The notes below the pieces were generated by a model. The model ran no database searches. It was not told the origin of the DNA and saw nothing but the letters and a program-made list of their open reading frames with translations. DNA of 22,654 nucleotides from contig JAYVCD010000231.1 in assembly GCA_043750125.1 (NCBI GenBank), positions 1-22,654 of the forward strand, in the 5' to 3' direction. The position numbers and the translations under genes are program-made. The DNA comes from Archangiaceae bacterium (GTDB lineage Bacteria > Myxococcota > Myxococcia > Myxococcales > Myxococcaceae). Shown in pieces: positions 9,078 through 17,127 of this stretch (positions are counted from its first letter, which is position 1; each line of letters starts with the position of its first letter).

Positions 9078-10177
9078 TGAAGAGCCCAGTGGCTGCAAAG
9101 CGGTTCTTCCTCGGGCTGCTCGCCGCGAGTGCGGTTCTGCTGGGCTTCGTCTTGTACCCCCTGGCGCAGTCGCTGTTCATGGGCGCGGTCCTCGCCGGCG
9201 TGCTGTGGAAGGTGAACCACAGGCTCGCCGCCCGACTGCGCGGACGACGCGGACTCGCCGCCGGTGTGCTGGTCGCGGCGGTGGTCTTGTTGGTGGTGGG
9301 GCCGATTGTCGGGTTGTCGGCTTTCGTCTACGGCGAGGCGAGCGCGGGGATCAAGTTCGTCAACGAGACGATCAAGAGCGAAGGAGTACAGGGCTTGCTG
9401 GGAAAGCTGCCCGAGCCGGTTCAGAAGCTGGCCTCGAAAGTGATCGAGCAGCTGCCGAAAGACGCGGAAGGACGGCTGGACGAAGAGTCGGTCGGCAAGA
9501 CGGTCACCGCGCAGGGCAGCAAGGCCGCGGTGGTGGTGGGCACCGCGGTGAGCGCGACGGGCGAACTCGTCATTCAGGTCGTGATGATGTTGATCGCGCT
9601 CTACTTCCTGCTGCTTCAGGGCGAAGAGCTGGTCGCGTGGATGGACATGGCTTCACCCTTACGGGTGGGCCAGACCCAGGAATTGCTCGCCGAGTTCAAG
9701 AAGGTGTCCTACGCGGTTTTGATTTCCACCGTCATCACCTCGGCCGTGCAGGCCGTCGCCGCGTTGGTGGGCTACCTGATCGCGCGGGTGCCACACCCGA
9801 TCTTCTTCGCCGCGGTCACCTTCTTTGTCGCCTTCATTCCCGCGATTGGTGCCGGGGCCGTCTGCCTGGTGGCCGCCGCGTTGCTCTTCGTCACCGGACA
9901 CCCGTACATGGCGATCTTCCTCGCCATCTGGGGCCTGGTCGTCGTCGGCCTCGTCGACAACATCATCAAGCCGATGCTGATCAAGGGCGACGGCGAGATG
10001 AACGGGGCGGTGGTCTTCTTCGCGCTGATTGGTGGCCTCGCCGCCTTCGGAGCGGTCGGCCTGCTGGTCGGCCCGCTGGTGATTTCGGCCTTCCTCGCCC
10101 TGATGCGGATGTACCGCCGCGACTTCTCTGGGCAGCTGCCCCCCCCGGTCGAAGCGCCCCGGCCGATCGCCGGCTGA
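9077..10177 (+). CDS. AI-2E family transporter
   Basis: ATG at 9077 overlaps the purF stop. Multi-TM protein with AFIPAIG, DNIIKPMLI and FFALIGGLAAFGAVGLLVGP motifs. Confidence 0.93.
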   Translation: MKSPVAAKRFFLGLLAASAVLLGFVLYPLAQSLFMGAVLAGVLWKVNHRLAARLRGRRGLAAGVLVAAVVLLVVGPIVGLSAFVYGEASAGIKFVNETIKSEGVQGLLGKLPEPVQKLASKVIEQLPKDAEGRLDEESVGKTVTAQGSKAAVVVGTAVSATGELVIQVVMMLIALYFLLLQGEELVAWMDMASPLRVGQTQELLAEFKKVSYAVLISTVITSAVQAVAALVGYLIARVPHPIFFAAVTFFVAFIPAIGAGAVCLVAAALLFVTGHPYMAIFLAIWGLVVVGLVDNIIKPMLIKGDGEMNGAVVFFALIGGLAAFGAVGLLVGPLVISAFLALMRMYRRDFSGQLPPPVEAPRPIAG

Positions 10178-10179
10178 TT

Positions 10180-11163
10180 TCAGCTCGAGAACAGCCTCAA
10201 GTCCTCGGGCAAAGGCGCTTCGAACGTGACCGGCAGGTGGGTCGAAGGGTGCTCGAAACGGATCTTCGCCGCGTGCAGGGCGTGCCGCGACAGCCGCAAC
10301 TTCACCCAGGCTTCCGGCTCGAGCTCGCGCTTGCTGAAGCGGTCGAAGTAGCCCGGGTCAAAGCCGTACATCTTGTCCCCCACCAGGGGAAAACCGGCCT
10401 GCTGCAGGTGAATTCGAATCTGATGCTGGCGCCCGGTGCGCGGAAAGCAGCGGACGATCGCGAAGTTCGAGCCGTCGCGGGTGAAGCGCCGTTCGACCTG
10501 GAAAGCGGTCTGCGCCGGCTTGCCATTCTCGGGGTCGATGCGCACCGCGATTCGAATCAGCTCGGTGCCTTCTGAAATCGGAGCGTCGACTTCGAAGCTG
10601 TCCTCCGCAGGGTGTCCCTCGCAGATCGCCACGTACTCCTTGTGCACCTGGGAAGCAGTGAAGGCCAGCCCCAGCGCCTGACTGACCGCGGTCGAGCGCG
10701 CACAGACCACCAGCCCCGACGTCTCGCGGTCCAGCCGATGGGCCGGCCAGGCCTCTTCACCCCGCGCCTTGAGCTGCGAGACCAGGGTTCCGTGGTGGTA
10801 GCGCGCGGTGGGGTGAATCGGCAATCCGGCCGGCTTGTCGAGGATCAGCAGCCAGTCGTCGCGGAAGATTTCCTTCACCTCGTCCGCGTGCGGCACCTCG
10901 GGCTCGGGCAGCGCCTTGCGACGCAGCTTGAACTTCATTCCGGTCGTCACCAGCGTCGCAGGCTTGAGCTTCCGGTCGCTGATCAGCTGGTGGGTGATGA
11001 TCGACTGCACCCGGGTGCGCGAGAGCCTTCGAATCTTGGCGCACAGATAGAGGTCGAGGCGCCAGCCGGCGAAGTTGGGCTCGACGCAGAACTCCATCTC
11101 GATGAAGTCGGTGTCGGGCCCGGCCAAAGGGGCCGTGGTGAGGAGTTGTTCGCCGTCGGCCAT
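10180..11163 (-). CDS. RluA-family pseudouridine synthase with N-terminal S4-like domain
   Basis: RLDLYL...LSRTRVQ, DKPAGLPIHP, catalytic HRLDRETSG, TGRQHQIRIH, GDKMYG, HALHA. Start taken at ATG 11163. Confidence 0.93.
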   Translation of the reverse strand: MADGEQLLTTAPLAGPDTDFIEMEFCVEPNFAGWRLDLYLCAKIRRLSRTRVQSIITHQLISDRKLKPATLVTTGMKFKLRRKALPEPEVPHADEVKEIFRDDWLLILDKPAGLPIHPTARYHHGTLVSQLKARGEEAWPAHRLDRETSGLVVCARSTAVSQALGLAFTASQVHKEYVAICEGHPAEDSFEVDAPISEGTELIRIAVRIDPENGKPAQTAFQVERRFTRDGSNFAIVRCFPRTGRQHQIRIHLQQAGFPLVGDKMYGFDPGYFDRFSKRELEPEAWVKLRLSRHALHAAKIRFEHPSTHLPVTFEAPLPEDLRLFSS

Positions 11164-11188
11164 AGGTGCCCTATGTTGCGCCTTAATC

Positions 11189-12259
11189 ATGATGGCTCTG
11201 GTCCCGGCAATGTTGACTCTGGCGATTTCCGCCGCTCCGGTTGGGAAGGTGGCGCTCATCGATCTCAACACCTCGATGATCGGGATGGCCTCCCAGGTCA
11301 CCCAGGCACTGAAAGAGGCGGCCGTGGCCCAGAAGATGGTCCTCGTCCCGGGCGAAGAATTGCGGGCGAAGCTCGGGCTGAAAAAATACGAGGAGCTGGT
11401 GAAGTGTTCCGGTCGGCCCGCCTGCGTGTCCCAGGCGCTGGGTGAGCTGACCGACATCAGTCGCGCAGTGGCCGGTTCGCTGGCGGTCGATGAGAAAAAT
11501 TACGTGCTCCGCCTGGCGTTGATCGACCTGAAGACCCTGAAGGTCATCGCGGATGTCGACCGGTCGATCTTGATCGCCTCGCGGCGCTTTCAAAAAGACG
11601 TGCGCGAGCTGGCCGGCCCCCTGCTGCGCGGAGAGCGCGAGGCCCGCGGGACGCTGGTGGTCACCACCAACGCCAAGGGGGCTTTGGTGACGGTGAATGG
11701 CGAGTCGATTGGCGTGGCTCCGGTGACGCTGCAGCTCAAGCCGGGCAAGCACGAGGTGAAGGTCGAACGGCCGAAGTACCTGCCGGTGACCCGCCTGGTC
11801 GACCTCGAGGCGAACCAGACGTTGACGGCCGAGATCCGAATGACGCTGAAGCCGGGCGAGCGAGTCGACGAAGACGTCCCCGCGCTCGTCGCCAGGGCCG
11901 CCGAAGAAGGGCCGACCCAGGGCTTTCGGGTACGGGCGCCGACGGTGGTGGCGGGAGCCGCAGCGCTCGTCGCTTTCGGAATCGGAACCGTCTTTGGGAT
12001 CCAGTCGTCCTCGACCGACAAGCGGCTGCTCGCCGGCTACGACTCGGCGAGCGACACCTATTCGGGCAAGCGGGTCGATGCGCTGGCGGCGCAGAGCAAC
12101 GCCCTGATTGCCAACGTTTCATTTGCGGTCGCGGGCGCGGCGGTAGTCGTGGCCGGTGTTCTGCTCGCCCTCGATGTTCATGCCGGCAACGCGCCGCTCG
12201 AAGTGGCGCCCGTCGTCAGCCCCACCGGCGCCGGTGTGCAGCTCGGAGGCCATTTCTGA
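11189..12259 (+). CDS. Secreted PEGA-domain protein
   Basis: Signal-like MMALVPAMLTLAISAA; PEGA GTLVVTTNAKGALVTVNG...LKPGKHEVKVERPKY; two C-terminal hydrophobic helices and terminal GVQLGGHF. Confidence 0.85.
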   Translation: MMALVPAMLTLAISAAPVGKVALIDLNTSMIGMASQVTQALKEAAVAQKMVLVPGEELRAKLGLKKYEELVKCSGRPACVSQALGELTDISRAVAGSLAVDEKNYVLRLALIDLKTLKVIADVDRSILIASRRFQKDVRELAGPLLRGEREARGTLVVTTNAKGALVTVNGESIGVAPVTLQLKPGKHEVKVERPKYLPVTRLVDLEANQTLTAEIRMTLKPGERVDEDVPALVARAAEEGPTQGFRVRAPTVVAGAAALVAFGIGTVFGIQSSSTDKRLLAGYDSASDTYSGKRVDALAAQSNALIANVSFAVAGAAVVVAGVLLALDVHAGNAPLEVAPVVSPTGAGVQLGGHF

Positions 12260-13122
12260 TGTCTTTCCGAAGACTGGGTTTGCTGGCTCTGGGCGCATTG
12301 TTGGTGACCTGCAAGCCGGCGGTGGATCCAAACAAAGGCCGCTTCTCGTGTGAGACCGACGCGGACTGTGGAACCGACTTCGAGTGCAAGAAGCAACTGA
12401 CGGTCGGTGCGTTCTGTTTCAAGAAGGGCACCTGCGTCGCCGAGACCTGCAACGGGAAAGACGACGACTGCAACGGAGCGATCGACGAGACCTTTCCGGA
12501 CTTCGACAAGGCCTGCACCAGCAGCAAGCAGGGCGTTTGCGCACCGGGAAAGTTGAGCTGTGTCGACGCGGCCGAGATCTGCGTTTCCAAAGTCGCGCCC
12601 TCGGTCGAGCGGTGCAACGGGCTCGACGATGACTGCAATGGGAAGACGGACGAGACATTCACTCTCGCCACCGACAGCCTCAACTGTGGAGTCTGCGGTC
12701 GCGCTTGCCCGTCGGGGACGAGCTGCCAGCTGGGCGCCTGTCGCGAAAGCAACTGCTCGGACGGGCTCGACAACGATGCCGACGGAGGAATCGATTGCGC
12801 CGACCCCGCGTGCCAGCAGCTGACGTGCTTCACCGGCGACGACGCCGGCTACGTCTGCGGCAAGCTGATGGATCCGGTCGACGCCGGCGCGGACGCAGGG
12901 CAGGGCGACGCAGGGGCCAGCGACGGCGGCGAGAGCGATGGCGGGTCGGTCGACGCAGGCGGCGATGGCGGTCGATTCTTCTGCTTCCCGGTCGAGCAGT
13001 GCGACGACGGCCTCGACAACGACCAGGACGGGCTGACCGACTGCGCGGACCCCGATTGCAACAACCGCCCTTGCATCGGCGGCACTGTGTGCACCAACGG
13101 CATCTGCCCGGGGCCGGGCTAG
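12259..13122 (+). CDS. Cys-rich putative lipoprotein with metal-binding-type repeats
   Basis: Lipobox-like LLVTC; two ExCNGxDDDCNGxxDE repeats; two CxDGLDNDxDGxxDCADPxC repeats; DAG/DGG low-complexity linker. Confidence 0.85.
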   Translation: MSFRRLGLLALGALLVTCKPAVDPNKGRFSCETDADCGTDFECKKQLTVGAFCFKKGTCVAETCNGKDDDCNGAIDETFPDFDKACTSSKQGVCAPGKLSCVDAAEICVSKVAPSVERCNGLDDDCNGKTDETFTLATDSLNCGVCGRACPSGTSCQLGACRESNCSDGLDNDADGGIDCADPACQQLTCFTGDDAGYVCGKLMDPVDAGADAGQGDAGASDGGESDGGSVDAGGDGGRFFCFPVEQCDDGLDNDQDGLTDCADPDCNNRPCIGGTVCTNGICPGPG

Positions 13123-13163
13123 GCATCGTTCTGATCCAGGTTCGATCTCGGCGGCTGCTCGAC

Positions 13164-13994
13164 GTGACCGTGCGTCATCTTGGTGAACGGTCCTTCGTCG
13201 CCGCGGCGAGCGGGTTGTGCGAGGCCCAGGGGCAGTTGTTCGTGGTCGCCGACGACGAGCACACGCTGGCGGTCTTTCCTTCAGACAGTCTGGCGCCCGG
13301 CGCGCGCCACGCGCTGCTGCGGCCCGACTCGAAGGATTTCGGGCCGATGAGCAAGGCGCAAAAGCCTGATCTCGAGGCGCTCTGTGTCCTTCCCGACGGG
13401 GCGCTGCTCGCGTTGCCGTCGGGAAGCTCGGCGCTTCGTCATCTGGGCGCGGTGGTCACTTTGAAAAACGGCGCGCCACTCGGTTCGCCCCGGTTGCTCG
13501 ATTTCCGGCCTCTGTTCGAGCGCCTGTCGGGGGAAGTCGACGCGCTGAACCTCGAAGGCGCGGCGGTGGTCGGTTCGGTGCTGTGGCTGGCGCAGCGGGG
13601 AAACAATGTCAGCCCCAGCGCGCTGTTCGAAATCGACCTCGACTGCTTCGCAGGGCCCGTGGTGCCGGCGTCCGCGTTTCGCCGCACGGTGCCGCTCGAC
13701 CTGGGGAAATTCGACGGAATTCCTTTCACGCCCACCGACCTGTGCGCGATTGCCGGCGGGCGGCTGATCATCTCGGCGGTCTGTGAAGACACCTCGGACA
13801 GAATCAGCGATGGCGCCTGCGTCGCGGCGGCGCTGGCGATCGTGGAGCCCGGCCGGGCGCCCGAACGAATCGCGCGGCTCGAGCCGACCTACAAGGTCGA
13901 AGGGGTGATCGCCCGCCCGGGGTCGATCGTGTGGATGGTGAGCGATGCCGATGATCCGACCCGCCCCTCTGTCTTGCTGGAAGGCACGCTGTAG
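13164..13994 (+). CDS. Hypothetical protein, probable beta-propeller (DUF6929/DUF3616-like); start uncertain, possibly CTG at 13131
   Basis: C-terminal part of track ORF 12705..13994. ASGL...LFVVADDE, KPDLEAL, LLALPSGS, LNLEGAAV...AQRGN, KVEGV, VSDADDP. Confidence 0.7.
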   Translation: MTVRHLGERSFVAAASGLCEAQGQLFVVADDEHTLAVFPSDSLAPGARHALLRPDSKDFGPMSKAQKPDLEALCVLPDGALLALPSGSSALRHLGAVVTLKNGAPLGSPRLLDFRPLFERLSGEVDALNLEGAAVVGSVLWLAQRGNNVSPSALFEIDLDCFAGPVVPASAFRRTVPLDLGKFDGIPFTPTDLCAIAGGRLIISAVCEDTSDRISDGACVAAALAIVEPGRAPERIARLEPTYKVEGVIARPGSIVWMVSDADDPTRPSVLLEGTL

Positions 13995-14213
13995 GCCGGC
14001 TCCACACGGCAGTGCGGCTCTGCGACGTCTGCTGGAGTTGTTTGCGTCTGCTCTGATTTCCGCGGACGTCCCACCTTTTCAGACGGGTCACTGGAAATGG
14101 GAGCACGTGCGGGGCGATTGAAGAGTTTGGGAGCCCGTTTGCATTGAACGGGTGGAAAGGGTCCACGAAATTGCTCCAACAACCGCTGGAATCGCTTCGA
14201 ACGGCCCATTTTC

Positions 14214-14309
14214 CGCCGAGGTGGTGAGGGTCACCCCCAGTGGTGAGATTCACCGTCGAACGACGGGGGTGAATCAACACCAGTGGGGGTAACCCACACC
14301 ACCTCGGCG
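14214..14309. repeat. 96-nt imperfect inverted repeat (rod-like hairpin)
   Basis: CGCCGAGGTGGTG/CACCACCTCGGCG (13 bp), GGGT/ACCC, ACCCCCA/TGGGGGT, TGGTG/CACCA and GATTCACC/GGTGAATC, separated by single mismatches. Confidence 0.9.
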
Positions 14310-14491
14310 AAACCGAGAGGGTTCTGGGGGCCCCGAGGCTCAACGCCCCTTGGGTGACCCCAAAGGGCTCGCACGACCCGCCCAACGCAAGGAAGAGCTT
14401 CGGGTCGGCACGTCGGTGGTTCGCCCTCGGTGGAGCGCCCGAAGTCCCGACCTTCCCGAAGGCGTTTCTGTTTCCAGAAGTCACCGCACCC

Positions 14492-14645
14492 GCCTGTTTT
14501 CCCTGCCGACGCCGGATGTTGATCCGAGGGGCGACTCGATCTCGCGGGAAGGAAGTCGTTCGGATCGGGTGGCCTGTTTTCCCTGCCGACGCATGAAGTT
14601 GATTTGAGGGCGACTCGATCTCGCGGGAAGGAAGTCGTTCAGATC
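14492..14645 (+). repeat. Two-copy direct repeat with 80-bp period; each copy forms a stem-loop
   Basis: 14492-14566 and 14572-14645 share GCCTGTTTTCCCTGCCGACGC and GGGCGACTCGATCTCGCGGGAAGGAAGTCGTTC exactly; six substitutions and one indel in total. Confidence 0.95.
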
Positions 14646-14853
14646 ATCGCGGCGGGTGGTCTCCCGCGAGTTCAGCGTTCCGAGCGAGCCATCGGCTGAA
14701 AGCCCGTGATGCGGATGATCGGAACCCGGCCCTCGGCTTGCTGGCAAGGCAGGTGTAAGCAAATGAAAGGCAAACCGGCAGTGGATACGGGCGCGCGGGT
14801 ATGATTTCCAGCCTCGTCGAGCTTTCCTCCGTCGTTCGCGGGACCTCCAAAGA

Positions 14854-16671
14854 ATGAATCGATTCGCCGCCTGCTTGCTCCTCGCCGTTGCTTGCGTGAC
14901 TCCGCAGGCGACAGTCACTTCCGCTGACAAGCCCCCCGAGAAGCCCGCGGAGAAGGGCCCGATTCGCCTCACGCTCGTCGCCACCAATGATCAGCACGGC
15001 TGGGTGATGACGTCGGTCGAGAAGTTCGGCGCCAGTGAGATTCGCGCCGGCGGCTCGGCGGTAATGGCCGCGTACTTGAAGATCCTTCGCGGCAACAACT
15101 TCGGAGGCGTGGTGCTGCTCGACGCCGGCGACCTCTTTCAGGGAACACTGGTCGCGAACCTTTCGGAAGGAGCGGCGGTGATCGACGCGATGAACGCGCT
15201 CGGCTACGACGGCGCCGCGATTGGAAACCACGAGTTCGATTACGGACCCATCGGGCCGGTCTCGGTCGCCACCCAGCCCAACGTCGACCCCTTCGGAGCG
15301 CTGAAGGCGCGCATCTCGCAGGCGAAGTTCCCGTTGTTGTCCTCCAACATCTACGAGGCGGCCACCGGGCGCCGTCCGTCCTGGCTGCCGGGCGATGGGC
15401 TGATGATGATCGAGCGAAAGGGAATCAAGATTGGAATCTTCGGGCTCACCACCCCGCAGACGCCGATTACGACCGTCCCGGTCAATGTCGCCACGCTCCG
15501 GTTTGGGTCCCTCGCGCCCGAGGCGCTCACCGCGGCCCGACAGCTGCGCGAGAAGGGAGCCGACCTCGTGATCGGTGTCGTTCACGCCGGTGGAAAGTGC
15601 GCCAAGTGGGACGACCCCGACGACACCAGCAGCTGCGATGAGAAGACGAGCGAGATCTTCGAGATGATGGGCGGATTGCCTCCGGGCACGCTGGACGCCG
15701 TCGTCGCCGGCCACACCCACAACGTCATCGGCCACAAGATCAACGGCACTCCGGTGGTCGAGACCTACGGCCTGGGCCGATTCTTTTCGACCATCGAGCT
15801 GTTCATCGACCCGGCGACCAAAAAGGTCATCCCCGCCAAGACCGCGCTGACCCCGTTGATCCCCCTGTGCGAGACGGTCGATTCCGCCACGGGCAGCTGC
15901 GATCCCCGGGTGCTGCGCGGCAAGGCGAGCGTCAGTGCGGTTCAAGCAACCTTTCAAGGTCACCCGATCACCGCCGACGCGGCGGTCGCTGCGCTGCTCG
16001 CTCCCGCGTTCGAGAAGGTCCGCTCACTTCAAGAGCAGAGCCTGGGGTTGTCGGTGCCCAAGACCCTCGGCCGGGACTACGAAAACGAGAGCGTGCTCGG
16101 CAGCTTCCTCGCCGACTCGCTGCGAGGAGTCGAGAAGGCCGACATCGCGCTGCTCAACCCCGGCGGGCTCCGCGCAGATTTGAAGGCGGGCGATGTGACG
16201 TACGGCTCGGTGTACGAGGTGCTGCCGTTCGACAATGCGATCAGTACGCTCAAGCTGACCGGCGCCGAGCTGACCCGGCTGCTCACCGCGGCCTACGGCT
16301 CACACAAAGGCGTCTTTCAGGCCTCGGGAATCGAAGTGAAGCTCTCGCGCTGCCCGACGGCTGATCGCCTCAAGCGGGTGACGCTCGAAGGGGGGAAGCC
16401 GCTCGAGCTCAGCAAGCAGTACCGGGTGGTGATGCCCGACTTCCTCGCCCGGGGGGGCGACGGGCTGGCTCCCATTCTCTCGACCATCGAGCCCGAGCAG
16501 GTCGACCTCGGTGAGAATCGCGAGCTGAATCTTCGCGACGCGCTGGTCGATTTCTGGAAAAAGAAGAAAGAGCCGTTTGTCAGCCCCATCTCGGGTCGGG
16601 TGTCGTTTCTTCAGGACGGCGAGAAGTGCAGCCCGGGGACGAAGTTGGACGGGCAGTCGGGAAGTCCCTGA
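14854..16671 (+). CDS. Bifunctional UDP-sugar hydrolase / 5'-nucleotidase family lipoprotein
   Basis: Lipobox-like LAVAC; metallophosphoesterase motifs TNDQHG, DAGDLFQG, GNHEFDYG, GHTH; C-terminal domain NPGGLRAD, VLPFDN, FLARGGDG. Confidence 0.95.
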   Translation: MNRFAACLLLAVACVTPQATVTSADKPPEKPAEKGPIRLTLVATNDQHGWVMTSVEKFGASEIRAGGSAVMAAYLKILRGNNFGGVVLLDAGDLFQGTLVANLSEGAAVIDAMNALGYDGAAIGNHEFDYGPIGPVSVATQPNVDPFGALKARISQAKFPLLSSNIYEAATGRRPSWLPGDGLMMIERKGIKIGIFGLTTPQTPITTVPVNVATLRFGSLAPEALTAARQLREKGADLVIGVVHAGGKCAKWDDPDDTSSCDEKTSEIFEMMGGLPPGTLDAVVAGHTHNVIGHKINGTPVVETYGLGRFFSTIELFIDPATKKVIPAKTALTPLIPLCETVDSATGSCDPRVLRGKASVSAVQATFQGHPITADAAVAALLAPAFEKVRSLQEQSLGLSVPKTLGRDYENESVLGSFLADSLRGVEKADIALLNPGGLRADLKAGDVTYGSVYEVLPFDNAISTLKLTGAELTRLLTAAYGSHKGVFQASGIEVKLSRCPTADRLKRVTLEGGKPLELSKQYRVVMPDFLARGGDGLAPILSTIEPEQVDLGENRELNLRDALVDFWKKKKEPFVSPISGRVSFLQDGEKCSPGTKLDGQSGSP

Positions 16672-16728
16672 AAAGACTTAGATGTCAGTGCTGGCTGTTA
16701 CGGTCAAACCAACCAGTGGGAGGGGAAA

Positions 16729-17112
16729 TTGCTCTACAAAGTGACGCCGAACCTGACGCCGCAGCCCGCCTTGAAGCCGGCCCGCGATCCAAACGCACCG
16801 AAGATTCCCCGTAAGAAGCGCAAGTCGGCGGTGTTCGATGCCGACGGGAACGAAGTGCTGATCACGATGATGTGCCTCAAGTGCCGCGCGATGAAGCCGC
16901 TGGTGATGTTCGGGCTTCGCAAGATGGCCGACGGCGCGATTCGCAATCAGCCCTGGTGCCGCGGCTGTCGCGCGGGTGCAGGGGCGAAGAAGCCCGACGC
17001 CTCGGTGCAACCGGTTTCGCTGTTGCCCACCGTCGAAGCGGTGCACGCGGCGGCTGATCACGACGAGCCGGACGAGAGTCTGGAAGTCGTTGGCGCTCCT
17101 GCAGTGAGCTGA
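16729..17112 (+). CDS. Small hypothetical protein with CxxC...CxxC zinc-binding-like motif
   Basis: TTG start preceded by GGGAGGGG; basic PRKKRK patch, CLKC...KPLVMF...WCRGC; fills the gap between two co-oriented genes. Confidence 0.7.
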   Translation: MLYKVTPNLTPQPALKPARDPNAPKIPRKKRKSAVFDADGNEVLITMMCLKCRAMKPLVMFGLRKMADGAIRNQPWCRGCRAGAGAKKPDASVQPVSLLPTVEAVHAAADHDEPDESLEVVGAPAVS

Positions 17113-17127
17113 AGCGCGCCCTCTTCG

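Noticed and set aside
12880-12972. GACGCAGG/GACGGCGG-type short repeats
   Set aside because: Explained by the DAG/DGG low-complexity linker of the encoded lipoprotein.
14492-14645. Possible CRISPR array, attC cassette sites or type III antitoxin repeats
   Set aside because: Only two near-contiguous units with no unique spacers, no RYYYAAC/GTTRRRY boxes, and no cas, integron integrase or ToxN-like gene nearby.
14769-14810. GGCAAACC resembling the start of a c-di-GMP-I riboswitch
   Set aside because: Lacks the GNRA-capped stem and the downstream GCAAAG/P3 elements.
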